Shown here in pieces: positions 51,990 to 61,574 of a stretch of 64,000 bases of DNA; positions within the stretch are counted from its first letter, which is position 1, and the number at the start of each line of letters is the position of its first letter. Position numbers and translations under genes: made by a program. The stretch is taken from assembly GCA_039024555.1 (NCBI GenBank), contig JBCCQQ010000001.1, forward strand, positions 288,001 through 352,000. Direction: 5' to 3'. Source of the stretch: Cyanobacteria bacterium P01_D01_bin.156. Its GTDB lineage: Bacteria; Cyanobacteriota; Cyanobacteriia; Phormidesmidales; Phormidesmidaceae. The notes below the pieces were generated by a model. It saw nothing but the letters and a program-made list of their open reading frames with translations. It did not search any database and was not told the DNA's origin.

Positions 51990-52205
51990 GCATAGGAGCA
52001 ACTCTGGAAATTCACATGGTCAGATCAATCCACTATGAATTAACACCATGCTAAAAACCATCCGCATGGGATCAAGGATTTAGTTCTCGTTTTTCAACGA
52101 ATAGACTAAATCCTTAAAGATGGGTGCAACAATATGATCACCGCTTCGCTTCACCGTTAGGCGGCAAGCCAACTACACGACCGACATAAGAATCTAAGAC
52201 CAGTT

Positions 52206-52688
52206 ATGGTGAACGAAATAGAGTTCCAGTACCTACGTCGTTGCGTAGAACTTGCAACAGAAGCCCTGGAGGCGGGCGATGAGCCATTCGGTTCTGTGCT
52301 CGTCGCCGCAGACGGGACTATGCTTGTGGAAGACCGCAACCGGGTGGCAGCCGGTGATAAAACCCGTCATCCCGAGTTCGAGATCGCGCGCTGGGCTGCG
52401 ATGAATATGCATCCTGAGGAGAGAGCGAGAGCAACCGTTTACACCTCTGGTGAACATTGCCCAATGTGTGCTGCAGCGCATGGGTGGGTTGGGCTAGGCC
52501 GCATCGTGTATGTGAGCTCCTCCGCGCAATTGTTAACCTGGCTAACCGATCTTGGAGTTCCAGCCCCTCCTGTGCGAACGTTGCCGATTCGAGAGGTGGT
52601 GCCTGATCTGGAGGTGGAAGGTCCTATCCCCGATCTTGCTGAGCAGGTACATGAGCTGCATCGTCGTCTTCACAGCTCAGCTAAATAA
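52206..52688 (+). CDS. Zn-dependent nucleoside/nucleobase deaminase (CDA fold)
   Basis: PFGSVLV, HPE and EHCPMC. Confidence 0.9.
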   Translation: MVNEIEFQYLRRCVELATEALEAGDEPFGSVLVAADGTMLVEDRNRVAAGDKTRHPEFEIARWAAMNMHPEERARATVYTSGEHCPMCAAAHGWVGLGRIVYVSSSAQLLTWLTDLGVPAPPVRTLPIREVVPDLEVEGPIPDLAEQVHELHRRLHSSAK

Positions 52689-53277
52689 ACGGTCGTGGTA
52701 TCGTCACTTACCAAACAGAACAAACACTTGAAGCCTCAGACAAAATACAGCCCTTACTCATTTCCAGAACTCACGATTGCACTACAACACATGTTGGTTC
52801 TGGAATGTTAGCAACACATCAAGTCAGCTATCCAAATCACTGTTTGCGTCCAAAGTCTCACTTTCCAAATTACTTGATTTTCGCTTTGAGAGTGACGTTG
52901 TACCAAAAAGTTGTTCTACAGATCGCTTCACTCCCTTAAATCAATAGCCGCAAATCCCAAATATTCTAACCATCAGGCTACTTAAGGAGGCATTACTCTA
53001 TGGCTAGAACAAAATGCATGGGTTTATTGCAATCCTGCAATATTCTGTAGTCGATTGAAATTGTCTAAATATACTTTGGCTAAAGCAGACGAGCCGAATG
53101 CCAAATGAGTATATACAAGCAAAGGAAAGTGCGATCGCACCCCGTATCTTGTTCTAATTTGCCAGATAGCTTACGGAATACACGCACATGCCGATGTGTT
53201 TAAAGGCTGGCCAGTTCATTTTTAGAATTGGCTAATCGGCCCTTTCCACCACTCATGCCTACTACTGGAATAGTCAA

Positions 53278-55152
53278 ATGACTGCAGGACAACTAGACCA
53301 GAGCCTTCAAATAAAACGCCAGAAGTATCAATATAATTACACCCACATTCCCCCGATAGCCATGGTGGATACCCTGGCAGAAGAGGAAGAATTTTCCTCT
53401 TCGTGGCGCTTGATGGTGGCAAAAGTCGGGTTCGAGCTACTTGTAAATACGATTATTGTTAATCGCGGCGATCACGGCAAAGATGGCGCAGCAGATGATG
53501 TTAAAGCCTTTCTAGTAGAAACATTTAAGGAAACATTAGCCAAACGTGACGGATTCTCTCGTCTAAAGGTTCTCTGGCAGGGAGCTAAGTTTATCCCTAG
53601 AATCTTATTTGGTCGATTGTCTACCAGTGCGGATGAATTAGAAGAGCTGATCACAGACATTATTAAAAGTGTTAGTCGTGATTTTTTACAAGAGTTTGCC
53701 GCTAATGTACAACAGAAGTTAAAGGTAGATTCTCCCCAGGGACGAGGAGACGAGTTAAAAGATTTTCAGGCGCTATTTCAAACTATTGATCTACCTTCTA
53801 TTGCCTATACCTACGAAACGGATGAGGTGTTTGCATCCATGCGAGTTGCCGGACCCAATCCAGTGATGATTCAGCGACTAACAGCACCGCAGCCTAACTT
53901 TCCCGTAACCGAAGAGCACTATCAAGGTGTGTTGGGAACAGATGACTCCCTGACAGCAGCCTACAGTGCAGGGCGTCTGTACATTGCAGACTATAGCATT
54001 TTAGAAGATGCCATTAATGGTTCTTTTCCTGGCAGCCAGAAGTATCTTTACGCTCCCATCGCCCTTTTTGCAGTACCGAAACATGGCGATCGTCGTCTGC
54101 AGCCCGTGGCCATTCAGGTAGGGCAAGACCCGCAGAAACATGGCATTATTACTCCGCAGTCCAATGCCTATGCTTGGCTCTGTGCTAAAACGCTGGTACA
54201 AGTGGCTGATGCCAACTTCCATGAGGCGGTAACCCATCTAGCACGTACCCATTTATTTATCGGGCCATTTGCGATCGCAACCCACCGCCAGCTTCTTGAT
54301 AATCATCCGGTGAGTCTTCTACTACGGCCACATTTCCAGGGAATGCTGGCCATCAACAATGCGGCCCAAGACAAGCTAATTGCCGCTGGTGGCGGCGTCA
54401 ACAAAATTCTCTCCGCCACCATTGATTCATCACGGGTCTTTGCCGTACTAGGGGTTCAAACCTATGGTTTTAACTCTGCCATGTTCCCCAAACAACTGCG
54501 ACAGCGAGGCGTTGACGAAACAGATTGTTTACCCAACTATCCCTACCGCGACGATGGTTTATTGATTTGGAACGCCATCCATACCTGGGTTCACGACTAT
54601 CTAAAAGTTTATTATGCCGACGATGCTGCGGTGCAACAAGACAGCAGCTTGCAAGCCTGGGCTAAAGAATTAGTTGCCCATAATGGTGGACGCGTTATTG
54701 AATTTGGAGAAGCGAATGGCCAAATCCAAACCCTAACCTATCTCATTGACGCGATTACTCTGATTATTTTTACCGCCAGCGCTCAACATGCCGCCGTAAA
54801 TTTTCCGCAAAAAGAGATCATGAGCTATGCTCCCGCCATGCCCACCGCTGGCTATGCCAAGCTAGACAATCCAGGAGAACACACCACGCAAGCAGATTAT
54901 CTCAGCTTGCTTCCTCCCCTCCGGCAGGCACAAGAACAACTAAAACTTCTCCATTTACTAGGCTCCGCCCATTTCACCCAGCTTGGAGAATATGAAACCG
55001 GTCATTTTCAAGATCCCAATGTGCAGGCTCCCCTGGGTCGCTTTCGCAATCGTTTAGACGAAATCACAGACACTATCTACGAGCGTAATCGCAATCGGCC
55101 ATGCTACGACTACTTGCTCCCTAAAAATATTCCTCAAAGTATCAATATCTAA
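53278..55152 (+). CDS. Lipoxygenase
   Basis: RVAGPNP, WLCAK, HEAVTHLARTH, YPYRDDG, QHAAVNF and C-terminal IPQSINI (Ile iron ligand). Confidence 0.96.
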   Translation: MTAGQLDQSLQIKRQKYQYNYTHIPPIAMVDTLAEEEEFSSSWRLMVAKVGFELLVNTIIVNRGDHGKDGAADDVKAFLVETFKETLAKRDGFSRLKVLWQGAKFIPRILFGRLSTSADELEELITDIIKSVSRDFLQEFAANVQQKLKVDSPQGRGDELKDFQALFQTIDLPSIAYTYETDEVFASMRVAGPNPVMIQRLTAPQPNFPVTEEHYQGVLGTDDSLTAAYSAGRLYIADYSILEDAINGSFPGSQKYLYAPIALFAVPKHGDRRLQPVAIQVGQDPQKHGIITPQSNAYAWLCAKTLVQVADANFHEAVTHLARTHLFIGPFAIATHRQLLDNHPVSLLLRPHFQGMLAINNAAQDKLIAAGGGVNKILSATIDSSRVFAVLGVQTYGFNSAMFPKQLRQRGVDETDCLPNYPYRDDGLLIWNAIHTWVHDYLKVYYADDAAVQQDSSLQAWAKELVAHNGGRVIEFGEANGQIQTLTYLIDAITLIIFTASAQHAAVNFPQKEIMSYAPAMPTAGYAKLDNPGEHTTQADYLSLLPPLRQAQEQLKLLHLLGSAHFTQLGEYETGHFQDPNVQAPLGRFRNRLDEITDTIYERNRNRPCYDYLLPKNIPQSINI

Positions 55153-55200
55153 CGTATCCAACGTCTATTGCTACTCTGCCCTCCTCTATATAGCACCACC

Positions 55201-56559
55201 ATGGACATCACGGCTCTAAGACAAAAGCTTATCAAAACCCACGACGGCCAAATTAAGCTATCTAAACGAATCGCCAAGGTGGGCTACGATACCACCCTAG
55301 GCAAGCTATTGCGCCTCAAACCCTACTACAGTGAAGGTATTACCATGTTGAAAGCATGGCGAAACTTTCTCTACATTCGTAAAGAACAGATTGGCAACAC
55401 CTACTTTGCCGTTGACCATGCCATCATGCATACAGACCATGATCAGGTAAAAGGTCTTATGCAGGTAGAGCCTCAGCTGCGGGGTAACGATCTGGGCATT
55501 ATCAGAATTTTGGCCGATAGCTACATGCTAGGCAATCCTCTGAGTTTAGGCACTAACGGAAAGGCTCACACCGGCATCCGGGCTGTTTTCCATGAAGCAC
55601 TACCTGACCCTTGGCAAAAGGCAGCACATCTCGGCAGTTATGTAGATAGCTTTCTCTCTGAACACACCAAACTAGGGAAACTGCACATTGGGGACGATCT
55701 GCCTCGCTTTATGGTGAAGATTTTGCACCACCTTGTATTTCAACTCAACGTCTCGGAGGAAGAAGTAACAAATTCCCGTGGGTATATCAAAGGGTTACCC
55801 CTGGCCTCTCTACCCACGTTTCTTAGCAAATATATTCTAGTCTTTAAGACGGGACCTATTCTAAAGCACCGTAAAAGTCTCGTTCAAAAATATCAGGTTT
55901 CTCCTAATTGGAAAGCCTATGCAGCCGCTGGGCAACAATATAATCTCACAGCCAATGAGATCGCCAACGGTCTGTTTGACATGATCCATATTGCGGGGAC
56001 TGCTGGCACTAGCGCCTTAATGGGTTCTGTCATTGGTGTCCTTTATCTAAATGACGCCTTACGCAATGACGTCATTCATGAAATTAATACCGTTTGGACA
56101 GGTGACACTCCTCCAACCGGAGACATGCTCCGGCAAGCAACGTTACTACACAAGGTGGTTTTAGAAACAGCTCGCTTGTATCCGCCTGTACGCTTTGTCA
56201 GCCAGCTCGCTAAAGAGTCTGGAGAAGTCAAGATAGGCGAAGCCAAATGTCCATTTCAAAAGGGTACTCGTCTTTTAGGATCTATCTTTACCGCTAATCG
56301 CGATGAACAGCGATATGTCAATCCCGATGATTTCTCAGTTGATCGAGACTTTTCAGATCTCCTCTCCTGGAATGGAGGCAGCCATACACGCGTATGCCCC
56401 GGACAAGAACTCTCCATAGAGCTCATCAAAGTATTTTGTATGTATCTCTTTACAAAATATCAATGGCAACAGGCTACCGAAGTGAAATGGGACTTTGACA
56501 ATGTGACTGCGGTTACCCCCAATGATTTAGAACTTCAGGGATTTGCTCCAAAGGCATGA
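55201..56559 (+). CDS. Atypical cytochrome P450 (CYP74-like hydroperoxide-metabolising candidate)
   Basis: ExxR in ETARLYPPV, ANRD...PDDF, heme Cys in WNGGSHTRVCPG, I-helix AGTAGT. Start at ATG 55201 or TTG 55168. Confidence 0.88.
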   Translation: MDITALRQKLIKTHDGQIKLSKRIAKVGYDTTLGKLLRLKPYYSEGITMLKAWRNFLYIRKEQIGNTYFAVDHAIMHTDHDQVKGLMQVEPQLRGNDLGIIRILADSYMLGNPLSLGTNGKAHTGIRAVFHEALPDPWQKAAHLGSYVDSFLSEHTKLGKLHIGDDLPRFMVKILHHLVFQLNVSEEEVTNSRGYIKGLPLASLPTFLSKYILVFKTGPILKHRKSLVQKYQVSPNWKAYAAAGQQYNLTANEIANGLFDMIHIAGTAGTSALMGSVIGVLYLNDALRNDVIHEINTVWTGDTPPTGDMLRQATLLHKVVLETARLYPPVRFVSQLAKESGEVKIGEAKCPFQKGTRLLGSIFTANRDEQRYVNPDDFSVDRDFSDLLSWNGGSHTRVCPGQELSIELIKVFCMYLFTKYQWQQATEVKWDFDNVTAVTPNDLELQGFAPKA

Positions 56560-56603
56560 GCTAACAAACTCAACAACACACACACTGACGACAGAGGACA
56601 CCT

Positions 56604-57155
56604 ATGATGACTGGAACCGTAGTCGCTCAAAAATTTGAGGACATTGCTACCTGGATGACGTCCAACCAGCCCACCGATCTCCCCAATGTACTCAAGGGGG
56701 TATTTTTTATGGATGGCAACCCCCTTCCTGACGATTGCATCAACATGTACAACCTAGACTGGGATGAAACAGAGCATCGTCTGACGTTACCGGTAACAGC
56801 CCCAGCACAGTGGACATTTCACCGCAATCTATTGGGTTGGCTCTTGCTTCGCGGTGCTCAGCTTGCCAATTTTAGATACATCATTCAATTTGAAGACGCT
56901 ACATTACAAAGCGCTCAAATTATTCCCATTGCTTTTGGCCTCACTGTACCACGATGGATTGTGGATGCCACCATGTGCCAACATGAGGGAATCAATAATG
57001 GTGAATTGTGGGACCGTAAAAATGTTTGGTTGGGGGGCATTCCCAGGGTAGGAGAATATGTCCTACGCCGCATTGTTGACGAAAATGGTCAGTACACGGC
57101 AGCTTTTCAAGACATGCTTACCAAAGTAGATGCTGAATGCTTAGTGGTCAGATAA
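56604..57155 (+). CDS. Unknown 183-aa protein, third gene of the LOX-P450 operon
   Basis: AGAGGA SD, 44 nt after the P450 stop; aromatic, beta-strand-like pattern. Confidence 0.8.
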   Translation: MMTGTVVAQKFEDIATWMTSNQPTDLPNVLKGVFFMDGNPLPDDCINMYNLDWDETEHRLTLPVTAPAQWTFHRNLLGWLLLRGAQLANFRYIIQFEDATLQSAQIIPIAFGLTVPRWIVDATMCQHEGINNGELWDRKNVWLGGIPRVGEYVLRRIVDENGQYTAAFQDMLTKVDAECLVVR

Positions 57156-57158
57156 CAA

Positions 57159-57692
57159 CTATGCTGCCGCATCAAAACGTGCCAGGTACTGACCATAGCC
57201 CTCTGTTTCTAACTCAGCCAGGGGAATAAAATGTAGCGCTGCCGAATTGATACAGTAGCGTAGACCTGTTGGGTTTGGACCATCCTTAAAGACATGCCCC
57301 AGATGGGAGTCAGCCTGACGGCTACGTACTTCAGTCCGCACCATAAAGAAAGAACGATCTTGGACTTCAACAATGTTGTCAGATTCAATGGGCTGAAAGA
57401 AAGAAGGCCAGCCTGTTCCAGAGGCAAACTTATCAGTAGAAGAGAACAATGGCTCTCCTGACACCACATCAACGTAAATACCTGCTTTCTTATTATTCCA
57501 ATAAGCGTTCTTAAAGGGAGGTTCTGTAGCATCTTGCTGGGTTACGGCATACTGTTGCTCCGTCAGCTTAGCTTGCAACGTTTCCATATCCGGCTTCTGA
57601 AAGTCATTGTCCGCCTGAGCAAGACTCGGGTTTACGACGACTAACCCCACTAGCATTAGGCAACCCAAAATAAACCGGTAAACTCGTTTCAT
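57159..57692 (-). CDS. msrB: Methionine-R-sulfoxide reductase with signal peptide
   Basis: [28 protein letters not shown] and RYCINS; AQA-type cleavage site. Confidence 0.95.
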   Translation of the reverse strand: MKRVYRFILGCLMLVGLVVVNPSLAQADNDFQKPDMETLQAKLTEQQYAVTQQDATEPPFKNAYWNNKKAGIYVDVVSGEPLFSSTDKFASGTGWPSFFQPIESDNIVEVQDRSFFMVRTEVRSRQADSHLGHVFKDGPNPTGLRYCINSAALHFIPLAELETEGYGQYLARFDAAA

Positions 57693-57864
57693 TAGCCCCT
57701 TAATAACAACTTAGACAGACAACGCTTACCTGTTAAGCATAACTATATTTTTAGGTTTTAGGCATCTACCTCAGGGCGATAACCTTACACCAAGAACATT
57801 GCAAGGTTATCTACATCGGAACACAGTAGTAATGGAGCTAACGTTTCTGGACGACGACTAAAAC

Positions 57865-57898
57865 AGCGACCTCAAAGGAAGCTCCTGATTAGGTCGCT
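57865..57898 (-). terminator. Hairpin downstream of gyrB
   Basis: AGCGACCT...AGGTCGCT followed by GTTTT on the minus strand. Confidence 0.5.
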
Positions 57899-57959
57899 TA
57901 TGCCTTGAGCAGTGTCAACCAACCAGCAACAAGGGAGAGTAATCTTTTTTTAGAAGTTG

Positions 57960-59897
57960 CTAGATATCCAAATCTGCCATGTTCAGCTTTGGACCGTAGG
58001 TTTCAATAAACTCACGACGAGGCGCTACGCGATCTCCCATCAGTACTGTAAAGATTCGCTCTGCCTCAGCCGCATCTTCAATTTCTACTTTCTTCAGGGT
58101 GCGAGTCTCTGGATTCATGGTGGTATCCCAGAGCTGCTGGGGCATCATTTCACCCAAACCCTTAAATCGCTGCACGTTGTATTTTGCGTTTTCCGGCAGT
58201 GCGTTCACGCCCCGCTGTAGCTCCTGATCGCTATAGCAGTAAGTATGGTTTTTACCCCGCTCTAGCTTGTACAGAGGCGGACAGGCAATGTACACAAAGC
58301 CCTGATCAATCAAGGCTCGCTGGTAGCGGTAAAAGAATGTCAGCAACAACGTACGAATGTGGGCGCCATCTACGTCTGCGTCTGTCATTAGACAAATGCG
58401 ATGGTAGCGCAGCTGGGCTGAGTCAAATTCTTCGCCCTTAATGCCGAGACCCAGGGCCGTAATTAACGACTGGACTTCGTTGTTTTTATAAATCTTGGCA
58501 TCATCTGTTTTTTCAATATTGAGAATCTTGCCTCGCAGTGGCAAAATCGCTTGGAATCTGCGATCGCGCCCTTGCTTGGCACTACCCCCCGCAGAATCCC
58601 CCTCAACAATAAAGATTTCAGATTCAGCTGGATCGCGAGAGCTACAGTCTGCCAACTTACCGGGCAATGTAGACGATTCTAATACTGACTTACGACGTAC
58701 CAGATCGCGGGCACGACGAGCTGCTTCTGCGGCATTAAAGGATTGGATCGCTTTTTCTAGAATCGAATCCACCACACTGGGATTGAAATCGAGGTATTCG
58801 CTCAGCGTTTCCCCAATGAGCGAATCCACAATACCGCGCACTTCGGTATTCCCTAGCTTGGTTTTAGTTTGTCCTTCAAATTCCGGCTCCGGCACCTTCA
58901 CAGAAATTACCGCCGTGAGACCTTCCCGAATATTTTCTCCCGCCAGGTTAGATTCATTGTCTTTTCGCTTATTACGCTTACGGGCAAAGTTATTCATGGT
59001 GCGTGTGAGCACCGCTTTTAACCCCTCTAGGTGGGTACCGCCATCCACGGTACGAATGTTATTGGCAAAGCCCATCAAGTTGTCAGAATAGGCATCCACA
59101 CACCATTGCAGAGCTGCCTCTACCTGCACGCCATTTTTCTCACCAGTTACATAAATAATGTCTGGATGAATCGGCTGCTTTTCCTTATTAATATATTCAA
59201 CATACTCACGGATACCACCTTCGTAGAAGTAGCGGTTTACCTTAGGCTCATCCGCTTTGAGTAGCTCTAGACGATGATCGGTAAAGGTAATATCGACACC
59301 GGCATTGAGGTAAGCCAACTCCCGCAAACGCCCCGCCAAAGTGCTGTAATCAAATTCAACACTTTCAGTAAAGATTAGGTTATCAGGCTTGAAGGTAACT
59401 GAAGTCCCGGTACGGCTACCAGCACCGCTCTTTATCGACAGCTCTCCTTGAGCTTCCCCCCGTTCATATCGCTGAAGATGCTCTTTTTTATTGCGCCAAA
59501 CGGTCACCTCTACCCATTCAGATAGAGCATTCACCACGGATACACCCACACCGTGAAGACCACCAGATACTTTATAACCGCCGCCGCCAAACTTACCCCC
59601 AGCGTGCAGCACAGTCATCACTGTCTCTAGGGCCGACTTTCCGGTGCGAGAATGCACATCGGTAGGGATACCACGTCCGTCATCAGTTACTGTGACCGAG
59701 CCATCTTCATTAAGATCTATGGTGATAGTCTTACAGTAGCCAGCCAGAGCCTCGTCGACAGAGTTGTCGACAACCTCGTAAACTAAGTGGTGCAAACCGC
59801 GCGGCCCGGTACTACCGATATACATCCCCGGTCGCTTGCGTACAGGTTCCAGGCCCTCTAAAACCTGAATCTGATCAGCACCATAGTTGGTTGTCAT
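57960..59897 (-). CDS. gyrB: DNA gyrase subunit B
   Basis: [33 protein letters not shown] and QRFKGLGEM; no intein. Confidence 0.99.
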   Translation of the reverse strand: MTTNYGADQIQVLEGLEPVRKRPGMYIGSTGPRGLHHLVYEVVDNSVDEALAGYCKTITIDLNEDGSVTVTDDGRGIPTDVHSRTGKSALETVMTVLHAGGKFGGGGYKVSGGLHGVGVSVVNALSEWVEVTVWRNKKEHLQRYERGEAQGELSIKSGAGSRTGTSVTFKPDNLIFTESVEFDYSTLAGRLRELAYLNAGVDITFTDHRLELLKADEPKVNRYFYEGGIREYVEYINKEKQPIHPDIIYVTGEKNGVQVEAALQWCVDAYSDNLMGFANNIRTVDGGTHLEGLKAVLTRTMNNFARKRNKRKDNESNLAGENIREGLTAVISVKVPEPEFEGQTKTKLGNTEVRGIVDSLIGETLSEYLDFNPSVVDSILEKAIQSFNAAEAARRARDLVRRKSVLESSTLPGKLADCSSRDPAESEIFIVEGDSAGGSAKQGRDRRFQAILPLRGKILNIEKTDDAKIYKNNEVQSLITALGLGIKGEEFDSAQLRYHRICLMTDADVDGAHIRTLLLTFFYRYQRALIDQGFVYIACPPLYKLERGKNHTYCYSDQELQRGVNALPENAKYNVQRFKGLGEMMPQQLWDTTMNPETRTLKKVEIEDAAEAERIFTVLMGDRVAPRREFIETYGPKLNMADLDI

Positions 59898-60068
59898 GCT
59901 TTCCTATCTCCTAAGACGGTCGTAAAGCCGCAGCAGCGTTAGAAATGAAATTGTGCCATCGGATTCTAGCACAAAGGGGTTAAAACGGATTCTGAATGGA
60001 TTTTAGACGCCATATTTATTAGGGATGGATCAAAAAATTTTACACATGGAATAATTAGGCACTTTTCA

Positions 60069-61070
60069 TTGACTATAGAAATCCCTAAAGATAGTTCTTA
60101 CGTACCATTTCTGATTATAGTCGTTGGCCCAACGGCATCGGGAAAGTCTGGTTTGGCATTACGGCTTGCCCAACGGCTCAATGGAGTGATTTTAGGTGCT
60201 GATTCACGGCAGGTATACCGTGAGTTTGATATTGGTACGGCCAAACCAAGTCATGCAGACCAGCAAGTAGTTCCCCACTGTTTAATTGATATCTGTGTGC
60301 CTACGGACACCCTGACGGTGGCAGACTACCAGGAAAGGGCTCAGCAGGTAATTCAGCAGATCCACGGCGGACAAAACCAGGTACCTCTATTAGTTGGAGG
60401 CACTGGACTCTATATAAATGCGATCGCAAAAGGTTTAATTATTCCCCGCGTCGCACCCCAAGACGATCTTCGCCAACAGCTAACGAGTTTAGGCCAATCC
60501 CAATGCTATGCGTTTTTACACCAGGTAGACCCTGCAGCTACTGAACGCATCCATCCCAACGATACCGTCCGCACCCTGCGCGCCTTGGAAGTTTATTACG
60601 CCACTGGTCGCCCTATTTCAAAACAGCAAGGGAAAAATCCGCCTAGCTATCCAATTATTTATATAGGACTGGACTGTGGAGAAGCTCTGCGCCAGCGGAT
60701 TGAGCTACGCACCCAGCAAATGATAGACGAGGGTTTTGTGGGGGAGGTGGAAAGGTTGATCAATCGTTACGGTGCGGATTTACCGTTGCTAGAGACGTTG
60801 GGTTATGCGGAGATTAAGCAGTATTTGGCTGGGGATATCACGTTAGCGGAGGCAATCTCATTAACGGTTCGGCATACGCAACAGTTTGCAAAGCGGCAGC
60901 GGACTTGGTTTAGAAAGGAAAAGTTAATTAAGTGGTTTGATTCGAATGATGAGGGATTAGTTGATAAGGTTTGGGCTTATTTGCAAAGTTGTTTGCAGTC
61001 ATTGGGCTCGGATTGGAAGCAAAACCGGTTGCTTGGGGTCCCTCCGAGTTCCCCAAACCCCCATGGCTAG
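60069..61070 (+). CDS. miaA: tRNA dimethylallyltransferase
   Basis: GPTASGKS, DSRQVY, GTAKP, VGGTGLY and AKRQRTWF. Confidence 0.97.
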   Translation: MTIEIPKDSSYVPFLIIVVGPTASGKSGLALRLAQRLNGVILGADSRQVYREFDIGTAKPSHADQQVVPHCLIDICVPTDTLTVADYQERAQQVIQQIHGGQNQVPLLVGGTGLYINAIAKGLIIPRVAPQDDLRQQLTSLGQSQCYAFLHQVDPAATERIHPNDTVRTLRALEVYYATGRPISKQQGKNPPSYPIIYIGLDCGEALRQRIELRTQQMIDEGFVGEVERLINRYGADLPLLETLGYAEIKQYLAGDITLAEAISLTVRHTQQFAKRQRTWFRKEKLIKWFDSNDEGLVDKVWAYLQSCLQSLGSDWKQNRLLGVPPSSPNPHG

Positions 61071-61458
61071 GGCAGAACCGCCGCCCTAGAACCCTCGGAT
61101 TAGAGGGTTTCGATACATAACTCCTTAGGCTGAGGGGTTATCGGTAAAGCAGTTTAGAATTTTGCGCTCAATCGCGCAAAATTCTAAAAAGGGTTATTCA
61201 GGGAACGATGTTTGACGTACCAAGACGTGAAGAAAGCAGTTTTAATCAGAATCTACATTCGCTGTTTCGAGCATCCCTACCAAAAAGTTTAGACACCTTA
61301 TCTTTTTACGGTGTGGAGCGGATGCGGAACAGCGTAACCCACTTCACCGACCACCCATATCAGTAGGTACAGCAGTTAACCGATGAAACTCTTATTCGAG
61401 GGGTGTGGGGAAGTTAGGTCCCCACGTTTAGAAGGGTTTCAGGGAGGAAAGCCCTGAA
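61033..61458. other. Large nested-hairpin non-coding element
   Basis: At least eight hairpins, including a perfect 15-bp inverted repeat at 61153-61188, plus long-range complementary segments. Confidence 0.7.
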
Positions 61459-61574
61459 CAGCCCACCTCACCACATACCAATCACTAGGAATCCCAAACC
61501 AATGCAAAACACATCGGTCACTAACAAACGTTATCTCAGAGCAGGCATAAAACCTACCCCTACAAAACCACCCA

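Noticed and set aside
52074..52115. 11-bp inverted repeat AAGGATTTAGT/ACTAAATCCTT (and 9-bp at 52762-52805) as transposon ends
   Set aside because: Each is a local hairpin. They do not match each other, and no transposase or target duplication is visible.
58495..59091. 198-aa + strand ORF and other antisense or alternate-frame ORFs inside long genes (e.g. 33162-33626, 364-633, 1529-1810)
   Set aside because: Fully overlap well-supported genes and show no motifs; expected by-products of codon bias.
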